Shown: positions 31,701 to 41,480 of the stretch, in pieces | Position numbering within the stretch: position 1 is the first letter of the stretch | Layout of the letters: the number at the start of each line of letters is the position of its first letter | NCBI GenBank assembly: GCA_040754455.1 | Contig: JBFMCP010000007.1 | Coordinates: 27,379-91,378, forward strand | Direction of reading: 5' to 3' | Origin: Nitrospirota bacterium | GTDB taxonomy: Bacteria > Nitrospirota > Thermodesulfovibrionia > Thermodesulfovibrionales > Dissulfurispiraceae | DNA: 64,000 nt | Translations under genes and position numbers: made by a program | Notes under the pieces: generated by a model | What the model saw: only the letters and a program-made list of their open reading frames with translations | Database searches by the model: none | What the model was told of the DNA's origin: nothing

Positions 31701-32822
31701 GTGCTCGAGCGCATCAAGCAGATGGTCATCAAGGAGTTTATCCAGGTTCTCAGGGATAAAAGGATGAAGGCTATCGTTTTCGTGACGCCGATCATGCAAC
31801 TGCTCCTCTTCGGCTATGCAGTCACGACCGACGTTAATAATATTTCGACGGCGTTGTACGATCTCGATAAATCCTATGAGAGCAGAGAGCTTGCACGAAG
31901 GCTCGAGGCATCCGGGTACTTTACCATCACCTCTGCTCCCGGGTCTCCTGAAGCGGTCCGAGAACTGCTTGACAGGGGCAAGGTAATTGCTGCGCTGCAG
32001 ATCAATAGAGGGTTTTCGAGCGATATTAAAAAGGGCAGTACTGCAGAGGTGCAGATCATTGTTGACGGTACTGATTCAAACACCGCAACGGTCGCCATGG
32101 ATTATGCCGGCAGGATCATTGCGCAGTACGCAAGGGAAATCGGAACACAGATCGGAAGGCAAAAAAGCACGCCACTGGCAAGGATTGATGTGCGGACACG
32201 GGCATGGTATAACCCTGACCTGAGGAGCAGGAATTATAACGTTCCGGGAGTTATCGCCATCATTATCATGCTTACCTGCCTGCTCCTTACGTCAATGGCG
32301 GTGGTGCGTGAGCGGGAGATCGGGACCATGGAGCAGCTGATGGTAACCCCGCTCAAACCTCTTGAGCTCATGCTGGGCAAGACCATCCCCTTTGCCGCCA
32401 TAGGTTTCTTTGATATGTTCCTCGTGACCGCAGTGGGGGTGTTCTGGTTTGACATCCCGATAAAGGGATTCCTTCCACTTCTTGTAGGAAGCACTGCAAT
32501 CTATCTCCTTTCGGTACTGGGTATAGGACTTTTTATATCGACCATAGCAAAAACACAGCAGCAGGCGTTAATGGCGACCTTTCTCTTTTACCTTCCTGCT
32601 GTGCTGCTTTCCGGGTTCATGTTCCCCATTGCAAACATGCCGGTACTGATACAGTATATGACGTATGTTAATCCGCTCAGGTATTTTCTCGTCATCATAC
32701 GGGGTGTTTTCCTCAAAGGCATTGGTCTCGATATTCTCTGGCCGCAGATGGTAACGTTGTTCATATTAGGCGCTGCGGTTATAATACTCAGTTCGTTGAG
32801 ATTCAGAAAGAGACTTGGATAG
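31701..32822 (+). CDS. ABC-2 permease (YbhR-like)
   Basis: KEFIQVLRD, WYNPDL and VREREIGTMEQL motifs. Confidence 0.93.
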   Translation: MLERIKQMVIKEFIQVLRDKRMKAIVFVTPIMQLLLFGYAVTTDVNNISTALYDLDKSYESRELARRLEASGYFTITSAPGSPEAVRELLDRGKVIAALQINRGFSSDIKKGSTAEVQIIVDGTDSNTATVAMDYAGRIIAQYAREIGTQIGRQKSTPLARIDVRTRAWYNPDLRSRNYNVPGVIAIIIMLTCLLLTSMAVVREREIGTMEQLMVTPLKPLELMLGKTIPFAAIGFFDMFLVTAVGVFWFDIPIKGFLPLLVGSTAIYLLSVLGIGLFISTIAKTQQQALMATFLFYLPAVLLSGFMFPIANMPVLIQYMTYVNPLRYFLVIIRGVFLKGIGLDILWPQMVTLFILGAAVIILSSLRFRKRLG

Positions 32823-32927
32823 CGTATGTCTCTGTAGAATCAGGAACCGTCACAATGGTCGATCTCAAGGGGGTGCGGGTATGTATTCTACATTCGGAAA
32901 ACAAAGAGAATTTAACGGGTAGCTCTT

Positions 32928-33272
32928 ATGGTAAAGATTAAAAGGGTATACGATCCTGTTTCGAGGAATGACGGCAAAAGGATTCTCGTCGACAGGCTGT
33001 GGCCCAGGGGAATTAAAAAGGAAAACGCAGGAATCGATGAATGGCTTAAGGATATCGCACCCAGCGATGAATTGAGGAAATGGTTTTCTCACGACCTTTC
33101 AAAATGGGCTGAATTCAGACAGAAATACAAAAAAGAGCTGCAAAGTAAATCCGCATTAATAGAGAGGTTGCAGAGTGAGGCGAAGGGGAAGACAATTACC
33201 CTTCTATTTGCAGCAAAGGATGTTGAGCACAACAATGCTGTTGTACTTAAGGAGTTAATCGGGAGCAAATGA
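32928..33272 (+). CDS. DUF488/YeaO family protein
   Basis: [27 protein letters not shown] and HNNAVVL motifs. Confidence 0.93.
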   Translation: MVKIKRVYDPVSRNDGKRILVDRLWPRGIKKENAGIDEWLKDIAPSDELRKWFSHDLSKWAEFRQKYKKELQSKSALIERLQSEAKGKTITLLFAAKDVEHNNAVVLKELIGSK

Positions 33273-33325
33273 AACAGACTTAAAACTAACCCGAGCAAAG
33301 TAAAAGAACCTTAAGGAGGACTAAG

Positions 33326-33955
33326 ATGAAAACAAGGGTGGGGTTCGCAAGGTTAGTAACGGCGATTATTGTTTGTATAAGTATCTGGTTCGTTCCGGGT
33401 GTTGCCGATGCCCACTGCGATACGCTCGATGGTCCGGTGATCATGACGGCCAAGGCGGCTCTTGAAAAAGGCGATGTCACTCCCGTGCTTAAATGGGTGA
33501 GGAAGGAGGACGAGCCAGCAATCCGTGAGATGTTCAAAAAGACCCTCTCCGTAAGGAGCAAAGGCCCTGAAGCCAGAGAGCTTGCCGACAGGTATTTTTT
33601 CGAGACGCTGGTAAGAATTCACCGGGCAGGAGAAGGCGCTCCGTATACAGGACTCCAGCCCGCGGGCTCACTAGAACCCTCGATTGCGGCGGCGGATAAG
33701 GCGCTCAAGGCCGGTTCAGCCGACCACCTTGTAACAATGATCACCGATGCAGCAGCGAAGGGTATACGCGAGCGGTTTGCCCATGTTGTAGAAGCTAAAA
33801 AGCATGCCGAGGAGAGTGTCGAGGCAGGGCGGAAGTTCGTCGAGGCCTATGTCGATTACACCCACTACGTCGAACGGCTCCACAATGACGCGACGGCTCA
33901 TCACGCGCACCACGGCGGTCCGAAAAAGACCGGTTCTGCAGAACATCATCATTAA
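33326..33955 (+). CDS. Secreted HCDxxDGP protein (DUF6448-like) with His-rich C-terminus
   Basis: Signal peptide ending ADA-HCDTLDGPV; FFETLVRIHRAGEGAPYTGL motif. Confidence 0.85.
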   Translation: MKTRVGFARLVTAIIVCISIWFVPGVADAHCDTLDGPVIMTAKAALEKGDVTPVLKWVRKEDEPAIREMFKKTLSVRSKGPEARELADRYFFETLVRIHRAGEGAPYTGLQPAGSLEPSIAAADKALKAGSADHLVTMITDAAAKGIRERFAHVVEAKKHAEESVEAGRKFVEAYVDYTHYVERLHNDATAHHAHHGGPKKTGSAEHHH

Positions 33956-33959
33956 AAGA

Positions 33960-34304
33960 CTATGACCGTATCATGACCAGCATCATCTTGAATTTTGTGA
34001 GTGCCTTCAGCGCATGAGGCTGATTGGCGGGCATGATAATCATGTCGCCGCTCTTGAGCTGATACGGCTTTTTCGCGATCGAAATTTCCACTTCCCCGTC
34101 AAGGACATGGACGAGCGCATCAAAGGGGGCGGTGTGCTCGCTGAGTCCCTGCCCCGCGTCAAAGGCGAAAAGGGTTACATTACCGGTATCTTTTTTGATG
34201 AGTTGTTTGCTTACGACCGACTGGTCCTGATACTGTACCGCGTCGTTCAGATGCACGACGCGGGGCTCTGCGGTCTCGACCTTTAAGTGACTATTGAATG
34301 CCAT
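33960..34304 (-). CDS. Cupin domain protein
   Basis: LFAFDAGQGLSEHTAPFDA and MPANQPHAL motifs. Confidence 0.92.
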   Translation of the reverse strand: MAFNSHLKVETAEPRVVHLNDAVQYQDQSVVSKQLIKKDTGNVTLFAFDAGQGLSEHTAPFDALVHVLDGEVEISIAKKPYQLKSGDMIIMPANQPHALKALTKFKMMLVMIRS

Positions 34305-34465
34305 GGTGTGCCTCCCGGAGTGCTTTTGCTTTACCTAAATACTATCCGACGGATGCAAGGAAATCAACGGGAACCTTGATAAAATGCTTTCTATTGGCTA
34401 TCATTAAAAATAAATGCAATTCTCTGAAATTTAAAAAATTTTCAGAGGACCGAAGAGGAGGCCCC

Positions 34466-34690
34466 ATGATTACGAAGGAAAAGGTTGAGGATGTCTTGAA
34501 TAAAGTCAGGACCGGTCTCGAATCCGAGGGCGGCGATATTGAACTGGTCGATGTCAAAAATGATATAGTATATGTCAAGTTGAAGGGGGCATGCGGCACC
34601 TGTCCCATGTCGACGCTGACATTAAAGAACTGGGTTGAAACCACGATGAAAAAGGAGATACCCGAAGTCAAAGCTGTTCAGGCCGTATAA
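34466..34690 (+). CDS. NifU/NfuA-like Fe-S carrier domain protein
   Basis: GGDIELV and LKGACGTCPMS motifs; GAGGAGG RBS. Confidence 0.93.
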   Translation: MITKEKVEDVLNKVRTGLESEGGDIELVDVKNDIVYVKLKGACGTCPMSTLTLKNWVETTMKKEIPEVKAVQAV

Positions 34691-36046
34691 TTGACGATGG
34701 ATCAAATATGCGAGGAATATAAGAACAGGGAGGGAATGGGGAGCGGGAATGCCCTTGTCTATCTCTGTTCCTTGTTGTTCGGCCTCTGTCTTCTCCTCCC
34801 TTATATAAGCGGCGCCGAGGAGCCTGTTGAAGTAAAGGGCCTGCGCCACTGGACAACAGATGATTCCACTAGGGTGGTGATTGACCTGTCGGGTCCGGTC
34901 GAGTTTACCAAGGATACGCTCTCCAATCCCGATCGGCTCTTTTTTGATCTCAAAAATGCAACGGTAGCGAAAGATTTGCAGAAGAGCTTCGAGATCAACG
35001 GCCAGATATTGAAATCAGTGAGGGTGGGACAATTCAATGCCACCACAGTACGGGCGGTTTTCGATCTCGAAACAAACACGTATGATTTCAAGGTGCTCAA
35101 CCTCGAAGATCCTCCGCGGCTGGTCATTGATATATTGACCAAGAGGGCTCCCGGGAAAAAAAACGAGACAAAGCAGGACCCCAAATTCGTCCCGAAGCCG
35201 TCGCCGAAGATCGAGATGAAGCCCGGCATGAACACTGAGGCCCGCCTCATGCAGCGGAGGATTGTGATCGACCCGGGCCACGGGGGGCATGATCCCGGTG
35301 CGGTCGGGCCGAGCGGTCTCTATGAAAAAGATGTGGTGCTCGATATTGCGATCAGAGCGCGGAGTATTCTCAAGAGAGAGTATCCTCACTACGAGGTGGT
35401 CCTTACTCGTGAAACCGATGTCTTTATCCCTCTTCCCAAGAGGGCGGCGCTGGCAAACAGAATGAATGCGGACTTCTTCCTCTCCATCCATGCCAACGCG
35501 AGCCCGAACAGACAGGCGAGGGGTATAGAGACCTATCTCCTCAACTGGACCAATGACGAACAGGCGCTGAGGGTTGCGGCACGGGAGAATGATATTTCTC
35601 TCAAGAAGATGAAAGAGGTACAGAGCGAATTGGGGGTTATCCTTGCCTCCCTGGAGCGTGAGAGCAAGAGGGACGATTCGGTCAAACTCGCCGGATTCAT
35701 CCAGAAAGCCCTCGTATCCGAAATGCGGCCGCACTATCCGCGGGTGCATGACCTCGGCGTCAAACAGGCGCTTTTTTATGTGCTCGTCGACGCCAAGATG
35801 CCCTCGGCCCTTGCCGAGGTCGCGTTCATAAGCAATCCTGAAGAAGAGCAGCTGCTCGCCGATGAAGCCTATCGCCAGCAGATCGCGCGCTCGCTGGTTT
35901 CAGGTATCAACGCCTATTTCAGTGCTGCCCCGCAGCCGCGTATGGCCTCCCGCGAACTCAGGGAAAAGGCGGCTTCACGCAAGGCCGCTCCCCTCTCGGA
36001 AGCGTACAAAGTAAAAAAGGTAACGTATACGCGTAAAGTCAGGTAG
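34691..36046 (+). CDS. N-acetylmuramoyl-L-alanine amidase with AMIN domain (AmiC-like; start uncertain)
   Basis: TRVVIDL, PPRLVIDI, IDPGHGGHDPGA, EKDVVL, SIHANA and LAEVAFISN motifs. Confidence 0.93.
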   Translation: MTMDQICEEYKNREGMGSGNALVYLCSLLFGLCLLLPYISGAEEPVEVKGLRHWTTDDSTRVVIDLSGPVEFTKDTLSNPDRLFFDLKNATVAKDLQKSFEINGQILKSVRVGQFNATTVRAVFDLETNTYDFKVLNLEDPPRLVIDILTKRAPGKKNETKQDPKFVPKPSPKIEMKPGMNTEARLMQRRIVIDPGHGGHDPGAVGPSGLYEKDVVLDIAIRARSILKREYPHYEVVLTRETDVFIPLPKRAALANRMNADFFLSIHANASPNRQARGIETYLLNWTNDEQALRVAARENDISLKKMKEVQSELGVILASLERESKRDDSVKLAGFIQKALVSEMRPHYPRVHDLGVKQALFYVLVDAKMPSALAEVAFISNPEEEQLLADEAYRQQIARSLVSGINAYFSAAPQPRMASRELREKAASRKAAPLSEAYKVKKVTYTRKVR

Positions 36047-36050
36047 ATCA

Positions 36051-36659
36051 TTGCCCGCCGGTGTAAATCTTCTCTTATATTCTCTCTTTGCCGTAAGCCT
36101 GTTCCTCATAAAGGACCTGAAGGTACATCTTGTACTGTCCGCCGTGGTCGTATGCCTGCTCTTTCTTGTTCCTTTCAGGAAAATCAAAGGCGGTCTTGTA
36201 CCGATCATGCTCTTCATGGTCATTACCTTCACCAGCAATACGCTCTACGGGTCGGGAAAGGTGGTGTATACCCTGAGCTCACTGATCATAACGGATGAGG
36301 GGCTGCGGCTTGCCTCGGTCAGGACATTGCGCCTCTTCGATATGATTTTTGGTGCAAAGGTGCTCACGGCCGTAACCCCTCTGGAAGCCATGCTCGACGC
36401 ACTGAAGAGAGCAGCCCGTCCCCTTGAGCGGATCGGGGTGCCGGTCCATGAGTTTTTCACTATCATGGTGCTTACCCTGCGGTGCTTCCCGGTGCTCAAA
36501 CAGCGGCTCAACGATACGTACAAGGAGAATGTTGAAGGAAAGGCGGCAGTAACGATTATGGAGAAGACAAAATTGGTTGCTTCTTTTCTCGTGCCGCTCT
36601 TTGTCGAGAGTATGAGAAACCCTGAGAGGTTTTTTGGAGATGAGAGTAAAAAGGTGTAA
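36051..36659 (+). CDS. ECF transporter T component (CbiQ/EcfT-like)
   Basis: Hydrophobic N-terminal half; LERIGVPV..F..IMVLTLRCFP and LVPLF pattern. Confidence 0.7.
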   Translation: MPAGVNLLLYSLFAVSLFLIKDLKVHLVLSAVVVCLLFLVPFRKIKGGLVPIMLFMVITFTSNTLYGSGKVVYTLSSLIITDEGLRLASVRTLRLFDMIFGAKVLTAVTPLEAMLDALKRAARPLERIGVPVHEFFTIMVLTLRCFPVLKQRLNDTYKENVEGKAAVTIMEKTKLVASFLVPLFVESMRNPERFFGDESKKV

Positions 36660-36737
36660 TTGTGTAGGAGAGGTGCTCCTCAGTACGTTACTTGAAAAAT
36701 ACCTACCCCCTGCAAAAAGCATACATAAGAGCGTATA

Positions 36738-38309
36738 GTGAGAGATATCATGCTTGACTATATCATAAAAGACGGTCTCGTCATCGACGGCAGCGGCGCT
36801 GAACCTGTTACGGCAAATGTGGGTATTCAGAGTGACAGGATCGCGTATATAGGCACCGACAGGCCAGATGCAAGGGAGACGATCGAAGCGAAGGGGCTTA
36901 TCGTATCACCCGGTTTCATCGACACCCATGCTCATTCTGAGTTCACCCTTCTCGCCGACGGCCGTGCCGAGGGCAAGATCCATCAGGGGGTCACGACCGA
37001 GATCAACGGCAACTGCGGGCTTTCGGCAGCGCCGCTCCGGGGTGAGGCCGCCGAGCGTAGGACGGCAGACCTGGAAGAATTGGGAATACGGGAGCGCTGG
37101 TCGTCGTTCAATGAATACCTCTCGCTGCTGAGACAAAAGGGAACCGCTCTCAATTTTGCGACCCTCTGCGGCCATGGGAACATTCGGGCGTCGGTCATCG
37201 GTTACAAAGACAGAGTGCCCGGTGTAAAGGAGCTGTCGGAGATGAGACAACTCCTTGCCGAGGCCATGCGTGAGGGGGCAAAGGGGCTTTCGACAGGGCT
37301 GATCTACCCGCCGGGGGTCTATGCAACGACCGAAGAGCTGATAGTACTGAGCAAAAGCATTTCTTCAGTGGGGCTGTATGCTTCGCATATGAGGAGCGAG
37401 GGAGACGCACTCATCGAATCGATCACAGAGAGTATTAGAATAGGGGAGGAAGCGGATATCCCCATCCATATATCGCATGTGAAGACATCCGGACAAAAGA
37501 ACTGGGGAAAGATCGATGCGGCGATCGAGACTATCGAGGCGGCACAGGCCCGTGGCATCAGGCTCACCGGCGACCGCTATCCCTATATTGCGGCGAGCAC
37601 CGATCTCGATGCGGTCCTCCCCTCATGGGTCTACGAGGGAGGGATCGAAGAAGAATTGAGGCGTCTGCGTACCAGCGATACAGCGGAACGGATCAGGACT
37701 GAACTGCGCTCGAAGGATGAGCACTACTGGAAAGGCATATTTATATCTTCTACAGTTAAGGCCGAGAACAAATGGATGGAAGGCGAAAGCCTTTTCGATA
37801 TTGCACGAAAAAGAGGAAAGGACATCATCGACGCTCTTTTTGAGATTCTCGTCGACGAGCGGGCGAGGACCGGGGCGATCTTTTTCTCGATGAACGAGGA
37901 CAATCTCAGACGTTTCCTCTCGCTTCCCTATGTGATGATCGGCTCCGACAGCTCGGTGAGGAGCTTTTCAGGACCGACCTGCACCGGGAAGCCGCACCCG
38001 AGGGGGTTTGGCACTTTTCCGAGATTCATCGGCAGATATGTGCGTGATGAACGGCTCATGCACCTGCCGGAGGCGATCAGGAAGATGACCTCACTTCCCG
38101 CAATGATCTTCGGGCTCCACCGGAGGGGACATATCAGAGAGGGGTATTACGCCGATCTTGTGGTATTCGATTACGAAAGGATCATTGATAAGGCGACCTT
38201 CGAATATCCCTACCAGAGACCCGAGGGCGTACACTATGTTATGGTGAACGGAATACTGGCGTTGAAGGAAGGAGAGGTTACAGGAAGCCGTTCCGGAATG
38301 ATCGTGTAA
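36738..38309 (+). CDS. N-acyl-D-amino-acid deacylase family amidohydrolase
   Basis: PGFIDTHAHSE, GVTTEINGNCG, HMRSE, IGSD, HPRGFGTFPR and ADLVVFD motifs. Confidence 0.93.
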   Translation: MRDIMLDYIIKDGLVIDGSGAEPVTANVGIQSDRIAYIGTDRPDARETIEAKGLIVSPGFIDTHAHSEFTLLADGRAEGKIHQGVTTEINGNCGLSAAPLRGEAAERRTADLEELGIRERWSSFNEYLSLLRQKGTALNFATLCGHGNIRASVIGYKDRVPGVKELSEMRQLLAEAMREGAKGLSTGLIYPPGVYATTEELIVLSKSISSVGLYASHMRSEGDALIESITESIRIGEEADIPIHISHVKTSGQKNWGKIDAAIETIEAAQARGIRLTGDRYPYIAASTDLDAVLPSWVYEGGIEEELRRLRTSDTAERIRTELRSKDEHYWKGIFISSTVKAENKWMEGESLFDIARKRGKDIIDALFEILVDERARTGAIFFSMNEDNLRRFLSLPYVMIGSDSSVRSFSGPTCTGKPHPRGFGTFPRFIGRYVRDERLMHLPEAIRKMTSLPAMIFGLHRRGHIREGYYADLVVFDYERIIDKATFEYPYQRPEGVHYVMVNGILALKEGEVTGSRSGMIV

Positions 38310-39106
38310 TGAGACCTCTTATCGGTATTACCGCTGACAGCGATGAAGAGTTTTTCAAGATAAAACAGAACTATCTGCATGCCGTCGCGCGTGCCGGCGG
38401 CGTGCCGTTGATAATCCCCCCTTTAGGGGTACCCCAAAAAGTCAAAGGCTTTTTGGGGACTCCCATGGGGGGCAGGGGGGATTTGATGGAGCATCTCGTT
38501 CTGATTGCCGATCTCATTGACGGTCTTCTGATCCCCGGAGGTAATGACCTCCTCCCGGAATACTATCATGAGGAGATTTCGGTCCCGCCTGAACACCTGA
38601 CTTTTGTTCGGAAGGAACGGAGCGCTTTCGAATTTGCCCTTTTCGAGGAGATGCTGAAGCGGCGCAAGCCGTTGCTCGGCATCTGCTACGGTATGCAGCT
38701 CATGAATGTCGCCCTCGGGGGGACACTCTACCAGGATATCCGGCATCAGGTCAAAGGCGCCTACAACCACAAAAAGACGCTCCATACAATAACGATTACG
38801 AGTGCCTTCGGTCCCTTTGGGCTCCACGAACGGCTGGTCGCCAACTCCTACCACCACCAGGCAGTGCACCGTCTCGGCCAGGGACTCGAGATCTTCGCAC
38901 AATCCGATGACGGGATAGTGGAAGGGTTCTATAAGAAGGACTATCCTTTTCTTTTGGGCGTCCAGTGGCACCCCGAGCGGAACACTGTGGGTCTCCCGCC
39001 TGCTGCGCCTCAGGAGGAAGCTCTTTTGTTAAAGGCAGGAAGTTGTGATAAGCTTTTAGTAACGATATTCGATCTTTTCATAGAGAGTGCTGGAAATGGC
39101 GACTGA
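38309..39106 (+). CDS. Gamma-glutamyl-GABA hydrolase-like peptidase C26
   Basis: RPLIGIT, PGGND, LGICYGMQ, NSYHHQAV and GVQWHPE motifs. Confidence 0.92.
   Translation: MRPLIGITADSDEEFFKIKQNYLHAVARAGGVPLIIPPLGVPQKVKGFLGTPMGGRGDLMEHLVLIADLIDGLLIPGGNDLLPEYYHEEISVPPEHLTFVRKERSAFEFALFEEMLKRRKPLLGICYGMQLMNVALGGTLYQDIRHQVKGAYNHKKTLHTITITSAFGPFGLHERLVANSYHHQAVHRLGQGLEIFAQSDDGIVEGFYKKDYPFLLGVQWHPERNTVGLPPAAPQEEALLLKAGSCDKLLVTIFDLFIESAGNGD
38413..38484. repeat. In-frame nested palindromic element inside the C26 gene
   Basis: aatccccccttta-[ggggtaccccaaaaag-tcaaagg-ctttttggggactcc]-catggggggcaggggggattt. Confidence 0.7.
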
Positions 39107-40154
39107 CCGGTTCTCGTTCCTGACATTGCTGGCCCTTGTTCTCGGCCTGGGATATCTGACCTATGAGATGCTGAAGCCCTTTTTTGCAACGATTGCCTGG
39201 GCAGTCGTGCTCTCGATCGTCTTCTATCCGGTCTATCTCTACGTGCTGAGGTATATCAAATGGAAATCCCTGGCCTCGCTTGCGGTCCTTTTCATTATCC
39301 TGTTCATTATCCTCGGTCCGTTCTCATATATCTCCTATCTTCTCGTGGGCGAGGTGCAGGATCTCTCGAGCAGGATCAGCACTGGGACAATGGGATCGAC
39401 CGATACCATTGTGAAACACCCCGCAGTGCGATATATTATGGATAGGATAAGTACTATGTTCAACGTGTCTCTTACTGAGGAGGATGTGCGGGCGACGATT
39501 AACGCCAACCTTGCTGCTGTGGGAAAGCGGTTTCTCGACATCATCCCCGGTGGCCTGGGGAGCATTGCAAACCTGCTGTTGAATTTCATCTTTATGTCTT
39601 TTGCGATTTTTTTCATCATCAGGGACGGCGCTGGTTATCTGCAGAAGGGCCGTGATTATATGCCGTTTTCGGAGGAACAGAAACGTAAGCTTGCCACACA
39701 GATCAAGGATATTGTCGTCTCGACTATTTACGGCGGTGTCATTGTTGCCATAACCCAGGGCATCATCGCCGGTATTGCCTACGCTGCGCTCGGGATCCGC
39801 TCTCCGGTCCTGTGGGGATTTACGACTGCCATCGCCTCGTTTATCCCTCTGGTCGGTACCACCGCGGTGTGGGGCGTCATGGTCGTGTATTTCCTCATAC
39901 AGGGGGCTATCTGGAAGGCAATCGCTATGCTTATTATCGGCGCTTTTGTAATCGGCATGATCGATAATGTTTTGAGGCCGATCCTGGTAGGGGCGAGGAC
40001 AAGAATGCCGGTACTCGCTATTTTCTTCGCAGCGTTGGGAGGAATACAGCTGTTCGGACTTATCGGATTGATTATGGGGCCGCTGGTGCTGGCGTTATTC
40101 GTATCAGTCATCGGGATATTCAGAAATCTGGAAGGAGGTTTCCATGCTGAATAG
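39096..40154 (+). CDS. AI-2E family transporter
   Basis: FFIIRDG, SFIPLVG, DNVLRP and GGIQLFGLIGLIMGP motifs. Confidence 0.92.
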   Translation: MATDRFSFLTLLALVLGLGYLTYEMLKPFFATIAWAVVLSIVFYPVYLYVLRYIKWKSLASLAVLFIILFIILGPFSYISYLLVGEVQDLSSRISTGTMGSTDTIVKHPAVRYIMDRISTMFNVSLTEEDVRATINANLAAVGKRFLDIIPGGLGSIANLLLNFIFMSFAIFFIIRDGAGYLQKGRDYMPFSEEQKRKLATQIKDIVVSTIYGGVIVAITQGIIAGIAYAALGIRSPVLWGFTTAIASFIPLVGTTAVWGVMVVYFLIQGAIWKAIAMLIIGAFVIGMIDNVLRPILVGARTRMPVLAIFFAALGGIQLFGLIGLIMGPLVLALFVSVIGIFRNLEGGFHAE

Positions 40155-41331
40155 AGATGAGCTCAGAGAGATTGCATCGATGAACGGAAAAGAGAGCCGC
40201 TATGTGAGCCTCTATCTCAATGTCGATCCGCTGCTCAATCGAGGGGGTGATTACGATGTCCATTTTAAGAATATGATCACGAATGCCGTGGAATCCCTGG
40301 ATAGGGCGGTATACAAAAAGGTAAGCGGCGATATCGAGAAGATCAAGGACTATGTCGCTTCCCATCGCCGGTCTTTCAGAAAGGGCCTGGTGATTTTGAG
40401 CTCAGAGGAAAATGATTTCTGGAAGGTATACCATCTCAATGTCCCGGTAAAAAATGAGGTCGTCATCGACACCTCACCCTATACGAAACCGTTGCTCGAT
40501 GTCCTGGACACTTATGAAAAATATGCCGTGCTGCTCGTCGAAAAGGAGGACGCACGGATATTTGTCGTTCACCTTGGTGAGATTGTTGAGTACGAGGAAG
40601 TACATACCGGCGGGGTCCCGGGAAAGCACAGGAGAGAGGGCGGTTTCGCACTCTCCCAGATGGGCATCGACCGGCATATGGCGCAGACCGGCAAAGGCAG
40701 AGCGGGCATCACCGGCTACCGGGAACACCACATCGAGCGGCATATCGCCGAGCACGTGAAATTGCACCTTAAGGACGTCCTCGAGGTGCTGAATCCCTTT
40801 CTTGAACGGGAGCATATCAACCGGCTGATCGTCGGAGGCTCCGACGAGGCGACTGCCGCAACGATTTCCATGCTCCACGAAACTACCCGTGCAAAGGTGA
40901 TTGGCACGACAAAGGCGGAGATGTTTCTCACCTCTGATGAGGTGCTCCGCAGGGTCGAGTCGGTTGTCGCCGCTTATGAGCGGAAGCAGGAAGAAGCGGC
41001 GGTGGAGTCGCTCATCACACAGGCCTTGAGCGGCGCAAATGCAGTCCTTGGTTTGGCTGACGTGCTCACCATGTTGCAGGAACGACGGGTGATGAAACTG
41101 GTGATGCTGAAGGACCTTAAGGCATCCGGTTATCAATGCGGCTCATGCGGCTTACTCACTGCACAGCAAATTGAGCCCTGTCCTGTCTGCAGCGGCAAGA
41201 TGGACCAGATCAGCGATATCACTGACTTGATCGGTGAGCTTGCAGTGCAGCAGGGGGCAATAGTTGAAATGATCGCCGATAATAAAAGGCTTGCCGAAAA
41301 AGGAGGTATCGGAGCGTTCCTGAGGTTTTGA
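40144..41331 (+). CDS. Bacterial archaeo-eukaryotic release factor (baeRF/eRF1-like) protein with Zn ribbon
   Basis: VSLYL, PYTKPLL, ARIF, VPGKH, CGSCG...CPVC and C-terminal GGIGAFLRF motifs. Confidence 0.85.
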   Translation: MLNRDELREIASMNGKESRYVSLYLNVDPLLNRGGDYDVHFKNMITNAVESLDRAVYKKVSGDIEKIKDYVASHRRSFRKGLVILSSEENDFWKVYHLNVPVKNEVVIDTSPYTKPLLDVLDTYEKYAVLLVEKEDARIFVVHLGEIVEYEEVHTGGVPGKHRREGGFALSQMGIDRHMAQTGKGRAGITGYREHHIERHIAEHVKLHLKDVLEVLNPFLEREHINRLIVGGSDEATAATISMLHETTRAKVIGTTKAEMFLTSDEVLRRVESVVAAYERKQEEAAVESLITQALSGANAVLGLADVLTMLQERRVMKLVMLKDLKASGYQCGSCGLLTAQQIEPCPVCSGKMDQISDITDLIGELAVQQGAIVEMIADNKRLAEKGGIGAFLRF

Positions 41332-41362
41332 GAAAAAGAAGCTCTTGAGTGATATGTATATT

Positions 41363-41393
41363 AAAAAGGCCGGGTGATCAGCCTGGCTTTTTA
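41363..41393 (+). terminator. Intrinsic terminator
   Basis: AAAAAGGCCGGGT-gatc-AGCCTGGCTTTTT. Confidence 0.75.
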
Positions 41394-41480
41394 TTGGAGC
41401 CCATTCAAAAAAAACTTGCCTATTTACCTTTCACTTTTTTACTCTAAGGTAACCAAAACTCTCTTTACAAGGTGACAGCC

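Noticed and set aside
34363..34380. ATCAA-N8-TTGAT as an FNR site
   Set aside because: The half-sites have the wrong order and spacing for TTGAT-N4-ATCAA.
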